Assembly: GCA_037445915.1 (NCBI GenBank)
Contig: JBBIJQ010000052.1
Coordinates: 1-13,647 of the forward strand
Length of the DNA stretch: 13,647 bases
Reading direction: 5' to 3'
DNA from: Planctomycetales bacterium
GTDB taxonomy: Bacteria > 4484-113
A program made the position numbers and the translations under genes. The notes beneath the pieces are model-generated. The model had not been told where the DNA came from. It saw only the letters and a list, made by a program, of their open reading frames with translations, and ran no database searches. Below are positions 6,498 to 13,647 of this stretch, piece by piece (the stretch's first letter is position 1; each line of letters begins with the position of its first letter).

Positions 6498-7311
6498 GGA
6501 ATTCATACAGCTTGCAACGCTGCTTCTGGTGGGCCTGCTGGTCAACCACTGCGCGTTCGAGAAAGACGTTATGAGCCTGGATGTGGCCGACCGCATCGAG
6601 AAGACCGCTGACCTGCAGGCGAAAGAGCTTGAGGATAGGCTTGACCAAGCTTCGCGGGAGATTGACGAGAAAATGGAACGCCTGGACGACAGGCTTGAGG
6701 AAGCTGGAAAGCGGCTGGAGGGGACGATTGAGAACGGTGGCATTGAGCAGTCTTCGCAAGTAACTTCGGCGGGCGGTAAGCTCAACGTCTCCATAACCTA
6801 CAAGCTCCCCAGCGATGGATGGCCTGCCGGCAGCCTAATGTTCATGGAGATTCCGCGCGAACTGGCGCTTACTCTCAACGCGTTAGAGAGTGACAAACTT
6901 ACCCTCAGCTTGTGGGGCGCAAGCGAGATGAAGTCACCCAACTTCACGGCCGATGATAACGGAATTATCAGCGTCAGGCTTGCCGACGGCGATATGCCTG
7001 AGAAGGCCGAAGCCAAATTGCCAGGCAGAATCACCAAGATTACTTTTGGCGCGGATGAAGCTATACAACTGGTTTTGGAACCAAGCGAAGCCGAGTTGCA
7101 TCTTGATAGCGCTGTGAAAGAGATAGCAATCAAGCGCTCCGGAGAGTGGGTCACATTGACCAGCCCGGATTGGGCTATCAGAATCAAAGGTATGAAGCCA
7201 GACCTGAAAGTCGTGGGCGCGGACGGTGAGGACCTCGGCGAGTTGAACGCTGTAGGCAAAACGGAAATCACCTACATTCCATCCAACAACGGTGAAGGGG
7301 GTGCACAATGA
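6487..7311 (+). CDS. Hypothetical membrane-anchored protein: N-terminal hydrophobic helix, coiled coil, beta-rich C-terminal domain
   Basis: SD AAGGAGG at 6471-6477; overlaps both neighbours. FIQLATLLLVGLLV is followed by ELEDRLDQASREIDEKMERLDDRLEEAGKRLE. Confidence 0.8.
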   Translation: MRVREFIQLATLLLVGLLVNHCAFEKDVMSLDVADRIEKTADLQAKELEDRLDQASREIDEKMERLDDRLEEAGKRLEGTIENGGIEQSSQVTSAGGKLNVSITYKLPSDGWPAGSLMFMEIPRELALTLNALESDKLTLSLWGASEMKSPNFTADDNGIISVRLADGDMPEKAEAKLPGRITKITFGADEAIQLVLEPSEAELHLDSAVKEIAIKRSGEWVTLTSPDWAIRIKGMKPDLKVVGADGEDLGELNAVGKTEITYIPSNNGEGGAQ

Positions 7312-8501
7312 ACCGCGTTACCTTCGGCGCATTACTAGTAGTGATAGGGATGCTCTTAGTGGCGAACGTGTTCATCGCTGAAACCGTAGAGCTGTTCCGC
7401 TTCTGGCCGCTATTGATAGTTATCTACGCGGTATTTACAACCGCCCGCATGAGTACCATCTACCGCGGAGGCCTGGTGGTCGTGGGCCTAATCCTGCTTG
7501 CCGACGCGCTGTTTCCCAGCATGCTGGGACCTGCCAGCTCGTGGTTCTGGGGCGCGCTACTATTTGTCGGCGGCCTCATCATGATACTCAGCGTCGCCGA
7601 GCGCAAGCCACATGGCTTTGTTGTTAAGGATCGGGAATCGGGTGATGCGGGCGAGTTGCGGGAGGCGGTAAAGGAGTTCGCGCGTGATGCAGCAGATGCC
7701 GTGCGCGAAGGCATAAGCGAAATCAAGTTTGCGGTACGGGAAGGCTGCGCGTCTGCTGATGCAGAGTCAAATGAATCTGAAGAGGAGGTTCCTGACATGG
7801 AAGAACAGAAAGAACGCCAGACCGATTACGCCGCTGCCGGAATTAAGGCCGAGTACTTCGGCGATACGGCGCATTACTACACCGAGATGCCTGAAGGCGC
7901 AGCCGTTATCAACTGCACAGTTGAGCTGAGCGCGGGCAGCATTGAGCTTGTCGGCGGGACCGACAAGCTTTTTGAGATTGATACGCACCAGGACAGCGTC
8001 GTTGAGCCGGTTGTTAGCCTGAAAGTGACCGAGACTGAAAGCGGGAAATCCGTCAATCTTCACATTGACCAGCACTTTTTTAAGGGCTCGCATCCCTTCA
8101 ACCTCAACACGGTGTGGAAGCTGAAACTAAACCGCGAGATTCTAATGAATCTCACAGCCGAGGTTAACGCGGCGCGAGCCAAGCTTGACCTATCCGAGCT
8201 GCGGGTGCAGAGCTTCACGCTGGAAAACAACGCTGCATCAACAGACGTGCGGGTAGGAGCGCGCGAAGACAAGGTCTCAATCCATTTGGAGAACAACGCC
8301 GCGAAGCTTGAAGTTTACCTTCCCGGCGGATTCGCCTATTCCGCGACAATTGACAGCAATGTGGCGCGGCATAACGCTGCTTCTCTTATGCCAAAGCGCA
8401 CTGATGGCGTTTGGATGACCGAAGACGTGGAGACTAACCCGCGCAAGATTAAAATGAACGTGGAAAACAATGCAGCAAGCCTTGATTTCAAGGTTTACTA
8501 G
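7308..8501 (+). CDS. LiaF-TM (DUF5668-like) 4-TM domain + Toastrack (DUF4097/DUF2154-like) beta-solenoid protein
   Basis: FGALLVVIGMLL...FWPLLIVIY is the LiaF-TM pattern. C-terminal rungs are VELSAGSIEL, AEVNAARAKLDLSEL, LENNAASTDV, LENNAAKLEV and VENNAASLDF. ATGA overlap with the upstream gene. Confidence 0.8.
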   Translation: MNRVTFGALLVVIGMLLVANVFIAETVELFRFWPLLIVIYAVFTTARMSTIYRGGLVVVGLILLADALFPSMLGPASSWFWGALLFVGGLIMILSVAERKPHGFVVKDRESGDAGELREAVKEFARDAADAVREGISEIKFAVREGCASADAESNESEEEVPDMEEQKERQTDYAAAGIKAEYFGDTAHYYTEMPEGAAVINCTVELSAGSIELVGGTDKLFEIDTHQDSVVEPVVSLKVTETESGKSVNLHIDQHFFKGSHPFNLNTVWKLKLNREILMNLTAEVNAARAKLDLSELRVQSFTLENNAASTDVRVGAREDKVSIHLENNAAKLEVYLPGGFAYSATIDSNVARHNAASLMPKRTDGVWMTEDVETNPRKIKMNVENNAASLDFKVY

Positions 8502-8517
8502 AGGAAGGCAAATCACC

Positions 8518-8958
8518 ATGCAAAAGAAATTCTACCGTTCAAGGACAGATAAAATTCTCGGAGGAGTATGCGGCGGCGCGGCAGAGTACTTCGGCATTGA
8601 CCCGTGGATCGTCCGCATCACTTGGCTGTTGCTGCTATTCGTGACGCCATTAAGTGCCGCAGCATTCCTCCTCTACATCCTGTCCTGGATACTGGCGCCG
8701 GTAAAGCCCGGAGTCTGGGAGAGCTCATCGCCGCCGGACAAGCCGCTCGCAGCGCCGAAGATGGCAGTTGACCCCAGGAACCGCTCGCTGTTCGTCGGCT
8801 TAATAATCACGCTTGTCGGCGCAGCGGCGCTGGTTGGCACTGTTGCGCCGAAGGTTCCGATTCAGCTCTTGTTCGCCGCTGCACTCATCGTGCTTGGCTT
8901 GCTGGTGATTACCGGCGCGTTCACTAACGGCGGCATCAACATGGGAGAAAGGAGATAA
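8518..8958 (+). CDS. pspC: PspC-domain protein with a C-terminal 2-TM (LiaF-TM-like) extension, 146 aa
   Basis: MQKKFYRSRTDKILGGVCGGAAEYFGIDPWIVRI...LYILSWILAP is the canonical PspC motif. ATG 8518 follows a purine-rich GAGGAAGG and is preferred over 8470. Confidence 0.92.
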   Translation: MQKKFYRSRTDKILGGVCGGAAEYFGIDPWIVRITWLLLLFVTPLSAAAFLLYILSWILAPVKPGVWESSSPPDKPLAAPKMAVDPRNRSLFVGLIITLVGAAALVGTVAPKVPIQLLFAAALIVLGLLVITGAFTNGGINMGERR

Positions 8959-8960
8959 CA

Positions 8961-9929
8961 ATGGAAACGCGCATGACCTCAAAGAAGACACCAGAAATAG
9001 TGAACAGCTTGTTTTGGGGCACATTCGTCCTGCTTCTCGGCGCTACGTTGCTGGGCATCAACCTTGGGTATTTGAGCGCGAGCATATGGGATTCGCTCAT
9101 CAAACTTTGGCCGATACTCCTCATTGTGTGGGGACTGAACATCGTTTTCAGGCATACATACCTGCAGGTGCTCTCATACTTGTCACCGCTCGTGCTTATT
9201 GCGGCGTTCGCATATGCGACAACGATGACGCCGGTCGGCGATGATAGCGGCAAGTGGTACGCTCCGCTGCTGCATCTAGGCGATTCACACAGAAACATCC
9301 CGGCTGCCGAGTATAAGTATGAGTTCAGGAATTTAGAGGCTATGGCTACCAGCGTGCAGCTGACGCTCGGTGGAAGCAACATAGACGTTTCGGCTTCCTC
9401 GGAAGAGAAGTTTGCCGAAGTCCGGGTGACAAGCAATGTCGGGAAGCCCAATGTTGAGATGACTTTGGAGCAAGACACGCTGAAAGTAAGCGGCAAATCA
9501 GCAAGGGAGATTGGCCGGTTAGTGAACCACAGGGACGATTGGAAAGTCCGGTTGCCTGTGGGGCTGCCAACTGAGCTAAAGATCGACGCGGGCGCGGCCG
9601 ATTGCATCCTGGATTTCAGCAAAATTGAGCTTACAAGCCTGACAGTGGATACAGGCGCATCTGACCTTGAAGTCACTCTGCAGTCACCGCCTCTACAAGG
9701 CAGCAACATCCGAGTGGACAGCGGTGCGTCAGACATCACCATAAAGGTGCCTACAGGCACGCCGCTCAAAGTGGATGTGGATTCGGCGGCGGTCTCCAGC
9801 AATTTCAAGCAGGCTGGGCTTTCCAAGCGTGATGGGAGCTGGTATTCGATGAATTACTCGCCTGACAAGCCAGCTATTGAAATCAGCATAGACTCGGGCG
9901 CGTCAGACGTCAGCATCCAATACATCTAA
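8961..9929 (+). CDS. LiaF-TM (DUF5668-like) + Toastrack beta-solenoid protein
   Basis: LFWGTFVLLLGATLLGINLG...IKLWPILLIVWGLNIVF. Rungs are IDAGAADCILDFSKI, VDTGASDLEV, VDSGASDITIKVP and IDSGASDVSI. SD AAGGAG upstream. Confidence 0.88.
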   Translation: METRMTSKKTPEIVNSLFWGTFVLLLGATLLGINLGYLSASIWDSLIKLWPILLIVWGLNIVFRHTYLQVLSYLSPLVLIAAFAYATTMTPVGDDSGKWYAPLLHLGDSHRNIPAAEYKYEFRNLEAMATSVQLTLGGSNIDVSASSEEKFAEVRVTSNVGKPNVEMTLEQDTLKVSGKSAREIGRLVNHRDDWKVRLPVGLPTELKIDAGAADCILDFSKIELTSLTVDTGASDLEVTLQSPPLQGSNIRVDSGASDITIKVPTGTPLKVDVDSAAVSSNFKQAGLSKRDGSWYSMNYSPDKPAIEISIDSGASDVSIQYI

Positions 9930-9969
9930 AGCAGGCAATTAACCCTAAAATCAGCTGTTTTTCAACACG

Positions 9970-9997
9970 AGAACCCGCCCCGAAGGGGGCGGGTTCT
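9970..9997 (+). terminator. Strong stem-loop after the ECF/Psp operon, probable intrinsic terminator
   Basis: AGAACCCGCCCC-gaag-GGGGCGGGTTCT, a perfect 12-bp stem 40 nt after the stop codon. The U-tract is weak. Confidence 0.7.
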
Positions 9998-10005
9998 GCT
10001 ATAAT
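9997..10005 (+). promoter_or_regulatory. Extended -10 promoter TGCTATAAT for the TPR gene
   Basis: Perfect TGnTATAAT, 22 nt before ATG 10028. Confidence 0.65.
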
Positions 10006-10027
10006 AAGCCTTCCACGGGCTAATGAA

Positions 10028-13000
10028 ATGGGCATTTTGCGCATACTCACAGGCGCCTTAGGCGACAAGTCCTATAAAAGGGCTGTAGAGCTCTACAACA
10101 AGGGTAAGGTTGACGACGCTATCAAGCTGGTTGAGAAGGCAATAGCGCAGATACCAGCCCCAACTCCCGACGAAAAGGTAATTGAGCTGTCGGAGTTGCA
10201 CGCCCTCTGGGGAAGATGTCTTGCGAGGCTCAAAGACCCTTCAGCTCTAGACCAGTTCAGGATATCCGACAGTATCTCGCTAAACGAGAATATCCTGCGC
10301 GAAGGCGTGATGCTTATTGAGGAACTAAGCCTCCAATCTTCCGCCGCGAGCGACTACATCATGGACCTCGCCAAGCGCACGACCGGAGACAAAGGCTTCC
10401 TGCTAAACTACGCTAAACGCCTAGCCGGTGACGGTGATACGAAGCTAAACGAAAAAGACCTCGAAGTAGTTTACGAAGCGAGCCGTAGTTTCACTTTGTG
10501 GAAGGGCGGCAGTACGCTGCTTTCCGACAAGTTCCTCTCCGAAGGGCGCACGGACAAGGAAGCAGTGGATATCTACCGCATCGCCTACCCTATTCGGCGC
10601 AACAACGTGAAGCTTGTGGAGATACTCCTGGATTACTGCATCCAGAACAATGAAAAGAGCGACTTCGCAGCCAACCTCTACCGTGAGCTTTCGTTTGAGG
10701 AAGATGATAATAACGATGCGCTGCGCCTGCTCGCTGAGTATTTCGTTGAGCAGCAAGACATCACGCCATCCACTATCGGCTTCATTGAACAAGCGCTTAG
10801 TAGGCGGCTTCCAAGGCACGAAGTGCTGGAAGCACTCGCTGGCTATCTCCTAAAATCGCGAAAGGAATTCCTAGACAAGAAACGGTTGCTGCTCCTCGTG
10901 TTCCGCGCAGGTTACTTCAACAAGAACGTGCTGGCATTCTTGGCACAGGCTTTCGCCGAAGACGGTAATTTTACCGACGAGGCGCTGGTCGCATACGAAG
11001 AGGCGCTTAAAAACAACCTGCTAACTAAGCGCATCACGCTCGTGCTTACCGAGCATTTCCTCGCTGAAGACCGCCGAGACGAATTTGCCTGCCATGTTTA
11101 TGAACATTACTTAAGCTCTTGGCCCGAGCGCAAGATTCCACGGCTCTACAGCTTACTTGCAACCAGCTATATTGAGAAGAAGCGTATTGACGAGCAGGCG
11201 CAGTCAATCTACGAAGCTGCGCTGGTCACCGATTCGGAAAACATGCAGATATTGCCCCTGCTGGCTGCAAGTTACCTTACATATGACACCAGGCAGCCGA
11301 AAGCTTTTGCTGTCTATGACCGCGCATTCAGCTACATCGCTGACGAGCATATCAAAACCCAGGTTGCTAAACTGCTCGCTGAGAGGCGCATTGAAGACGG
11401 CAACTTTGACAAACGCACACTGGAATACATAGAGCTTGCGCTGCCAATCATCACCGGGCGCGATCTGGAAGCATTCAACGATGCGCGAACGAAATGTTAC
11501 CTGACGCTCAACCGGCGCGATGATGAGGCTCTTAGGGTTTACTTGGAGCTATACAACCGCACTCGCGAAGAGAAAAAAGAAGATATCAAGCTCTCCACGA
11601 TCCTTTCCGATATCTTAATTGAGCGCGAGCAGATTCCCGGCGTATCCGATGAGCTTCGCTTGCAGATTCTCTACGAGCGATTCGAGCTTGAGAAATTTGG
11701 ATGCCCCGGCAACATTGCGTTCTTCCTGCTTGACCATACGCTTGCGAAGAAAAGCCCCTACAAGTACCTGCTGCAGCTTGCGGTACGGTGTTTTGAAGTT
11801 GACAGCGCGCTTCTTGCGGAGAAGCTAAGCGAGGCAGGAAAACTGGACCTGCTCCAACAGATCGGCCGGTTTTACATTGAGCGTTACAACTACGAGTTTG
11901 CGGTGCTTGCGTTCACCGTAGCCAATCAATACCTCCCAACTGAAGAAAACGACTATCACCTCGCAAAGATCAGGCTCATTGAAGGCAAGGTTGAGGAAAC
12001 GCTAGAACTTCTCTCCAAGGTCAAATCGCCACAGATGCAGCAGCGAGTGAATTACTGGCGCGCGGCTGCATACCAGCAGGAAGGCAAGCCCGAAAAGGCC
12101 GCGCCTCTCGTAGCACAGCTTGAGAAGGATAAAGGCGCGATTCCCGAAGTGCTCCTCAAGCTTCGCAAAGCGATAAACGCAGAGCTGCTGGGCGATTTCG
12201 GCGACGCAATTGAAGTCTACCAGGACGTCCTCGGCGACGCTTCCAGCCTTCCTTACCGCCGATGGATAGAGATCGAGACAGGCCTTGCGCTATGGCGCAT
12301 GGGAACGACGGCCGAGGCACGCAAGAAACTTGAGCAGGTTTACCGTTTCAATCCCAACGGGCGAGCAGAGCAGCGCAACTACTCCTACATCCTCGTGATT
12401 CAGGCCGATGAGTTGATCGCCGCAGGCGATTGGGAGTCCGCGCTCAGCGCCATGCAGGAGAGCGTGGACGTGAATCGCAACGACCGCCTGCTCAGGGGCG
12501 TAGTGGTTGACATCCTTCTCAACCACGCCAAGCGCTATTTCTTCAACAAAGATTATGAAATGGCGGTGAAGATACTTGAAGTCGCCCACCGCATCCTACC
12601 GAAGAACGAGGACACCAAAGTATTTTTGGCGTATTCCTACCATCTCCTGAACAAGTATGCGCAAGCGCTGATTTACTACCGCGACATCTCATGGACCAGC
12701 GAAGCCGCAATGGTAGAGCGCTCGCAAGCGTATTGCTACCTGCACAACAAGCAGCCACGCAAGGCATGGCGCGTATTCCTCGATTTGAAAAAGCGCGGCG
12801 GCGGCGCATTCCTTGCTAGCAACATTCCGCTTCTGCTGGAAGCATATCTTGATGACGACGAGCAGGAAGGAAGCGAGACGTTCAAGGACGTCGAGTTCAC
12901 CGAGGATGTTAAGAGCCCAATCCCATTTGCGGCTTTTTACATTCACGACGGGCTTTACGCTAAAGCCCTAAGCCTGCTTGGCAAGGGCGCGAAGGATAAA

Positions 13001-13647
13001 TATCAGGAGATGCAGCGCTTGTGGTTCCTCGGCAAGGCTGCATCCAAGCAAGGTGACCGCAAGCTCGCAGTTACCTACTGGAAGCAGTTGCTGGAACTTT
13101 CGCAATCCCGCCAGACGCACGACGAGACCAAGCTGATGCAGCTCATTGAGATCGGCATGGCGTTTCTGAAAGCTGGTTACGCACAGGAAGCCATGGATAC
13201 CTGGGAAGACTTGAAAAAGCATAGCGCTAATTATGCCCACCTCCCCAGGCTTTACGCTTACACGCTTGACTTGAACGCCTACACGCTGGCGCAGAAAAGT
13301 AATACGAAGCTCGCAATCAACGAGTGGGAAAAAGCGACTGAATACGATCCTGAGAACCTCAGCATCATACAGAACATGGCCATCGCCTACATGTCGGTTG
13401 ACGACTTTGATCGCTCTGCTGTCTATTGGCGCAAGCTTATGAACCGCTGGAAGGTAATGGTTGACCGCAACCCACAGCGCTACGCGCACATGACCATAGC
13501 TATCGGCGAAGTGGAACGTTTACTGGCAGATGTCTTTGTTGCCCAGAGAGAAGCCGCGGACGAGGTTTACATTGCGAAGACGGAAGAAATGGTGGATTAC
13601 TTCCAGCGAGCGAACCAGTTCTACTGGATACTCGGCTTGAATAAGAA
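10028..13647 (+). CDS. Giant TPR-repeat protein, 3'-truncated (>=1206 aa), possibly with a C-terminal J-domain
   Basis: Hand translation from ATG 10028 (MGILRILTGALGDKSYKRAVELYNKGKVDDAIKLVEKAI...) gives no stop before the window end, which explains its absence from the ORF track. Many TPR-like helix pairs, e.g. WFLGKAASKQGDRKLAVTYWKQLLEL and AINEWEKATEYDPENLSIIQNMAIAY. The frame ends ...ANQFYWILGLNK. Confidence 0.9.
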   Translation, partial: MGILRILTGALGDKSYKRAVELYNKGKVDDAIKLVEKAIAQIPAPTPDEKVIELSELHALWGRCLARLKDPSALDQFRISDSISLNENILREGVMLIEELSLQSSAASDYIMDLAKRTTGDKGFLLNYAKRLAGDGDTKLNEKDLEVVYEASRSFTLWKGGSTLLSDKFLSEGRTDKEAVDIYRIAYPIRRNNVKLVEILLDYCIQNNEKSDFAANLYRELSFEEDDNNDALRLLAEYFVEQQDITPSTIGFIEQALSRRLPRHEVLEALAGYLLKSRKEFLDKKRLLLLVFRAGYFNKNVLAFLAQAFAEDGNFTDEALVAYEEALKNNLLTKRITLVLTEHFLAEDRRDEFACHVYEHYLSSWPERKIPRLYSLLATSYIEKKRIDEQAQSIYEAALVTDSENMQILPLLAASYLTYDTRQPKAFAVYDRAFSYIADEHIKTQVAKLLAERRIEDGNFDKRTLEYIELALPIITGRDLEAFNDARTKCYLTLNRRDDEALRVYLELYNRTREEKKEDIKLSTILSDILIEREQIPGVSDELRLQILYERFELEKFGCPGNIAFFLLDHTLAKKSPYKYLLQLAVRCFEVDSALLAEKLSEAGKLDLLQQIGRFYIERYNYEFAVLAFTVANQYLPTEENDYHLAKIRLIEGKVEETLELLSKVKSPQMQQRVNYWRAAAYQQEGKPEKAAPLVAQLEKDKGAIPEVLLKLRKAINAELLGDFGDAIEVYQDVLGDASSLPYRRWIEIETGLALWRMGTTAEARKKLEQVYRFNPNGRAEQRNYSYILVIQADELIAAGDWESALSAMQESVDVNRNDRLLRGVVVDILLNHAKRYFFNKDYEMAVKILEVAHRILPKNEDTKVFLAYSYHLLNKYAQALIYYRDISWTSEAAMVERSQAYCYLHNKQPRKAWRVFLDLKKRGGGAFLASNIPLLLEAYLDDDEQEGSETFKDVEFTEDVKSPIPFAAFYIHDGLYAKALSLLGKGAKDKYQEMQRLWFLGKAASKQGDRKLAVTYWKQLLELSQSRQTHDETKLMQLIEIGMAFLKAGYAQEAMDTWEDLKKHSANYAHLPRLYAYTLDLNAYTLAQKSNTKLAINEWEKATEYDPENLSIIQNMAIAYMSVDDFDRSAVYWRKLMNRWKVMVDRNPQRYAHMTIAIGEVERLLADVFVAQREAADEVYIAKTEEMVDYFQRANQFYWILGLNK

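Noticed and set aside
6487..6552. Lipoprotein call for the 274-aa protein
   Set aside because: LVNH-C does not fit the lipobox L-[AS]-[GA]-C.
8936..9826. 296-aa antisense ORF
   Set aside because: Shadow of the Toastrack gene; its repeats simply mirror the sense-strand rungs.
10445..13489. Short ORFs listed within 10445-13489, and an intragenic GGAACTT near 13092
   Set aside because: All lie inside the continuous TPR reading frame; the GGAACTT has no matching -10 element.

Overview
Bacterial chromosomal window with four blocks. (1) 1-2074: 3' part of a probable surface protein whose frame is open to the window edge, with a dockerin-like Ca-binding motif, three PKD repeats and a beta-rich C-terminal domain. 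(2) 2207-4341: a divergent pair, an orphan double zinc-finger protein (-) and a GC-rich ion-transporter (IT) superfamily permease (+), both apparently expressed from leaderless-type promoters. (3) 4342-9997: a repeat-rich spacer, a candidate ECF promoter, and a tightly coupled 7-gene envelope-stress operon closed by a strong hairpin. The operon encodes an ECF sigma, an anti-sigma lacking the zinc ligands, a B-box membrane protein, a membrane-anchored coiled-coil protein, two LiaF-TM/Toastrack proteins and PspC, but no PspA/LiaH. (4) 10028 to the window end: a >1200-aa TPR protein missing from the ORF track, which ends in what looks like the first helix of a DnaJ J-domain. No rRNA, tRNA, CRISPR array or transposase was seen. 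All domain names come from motif recognition by eye, not from database searches.
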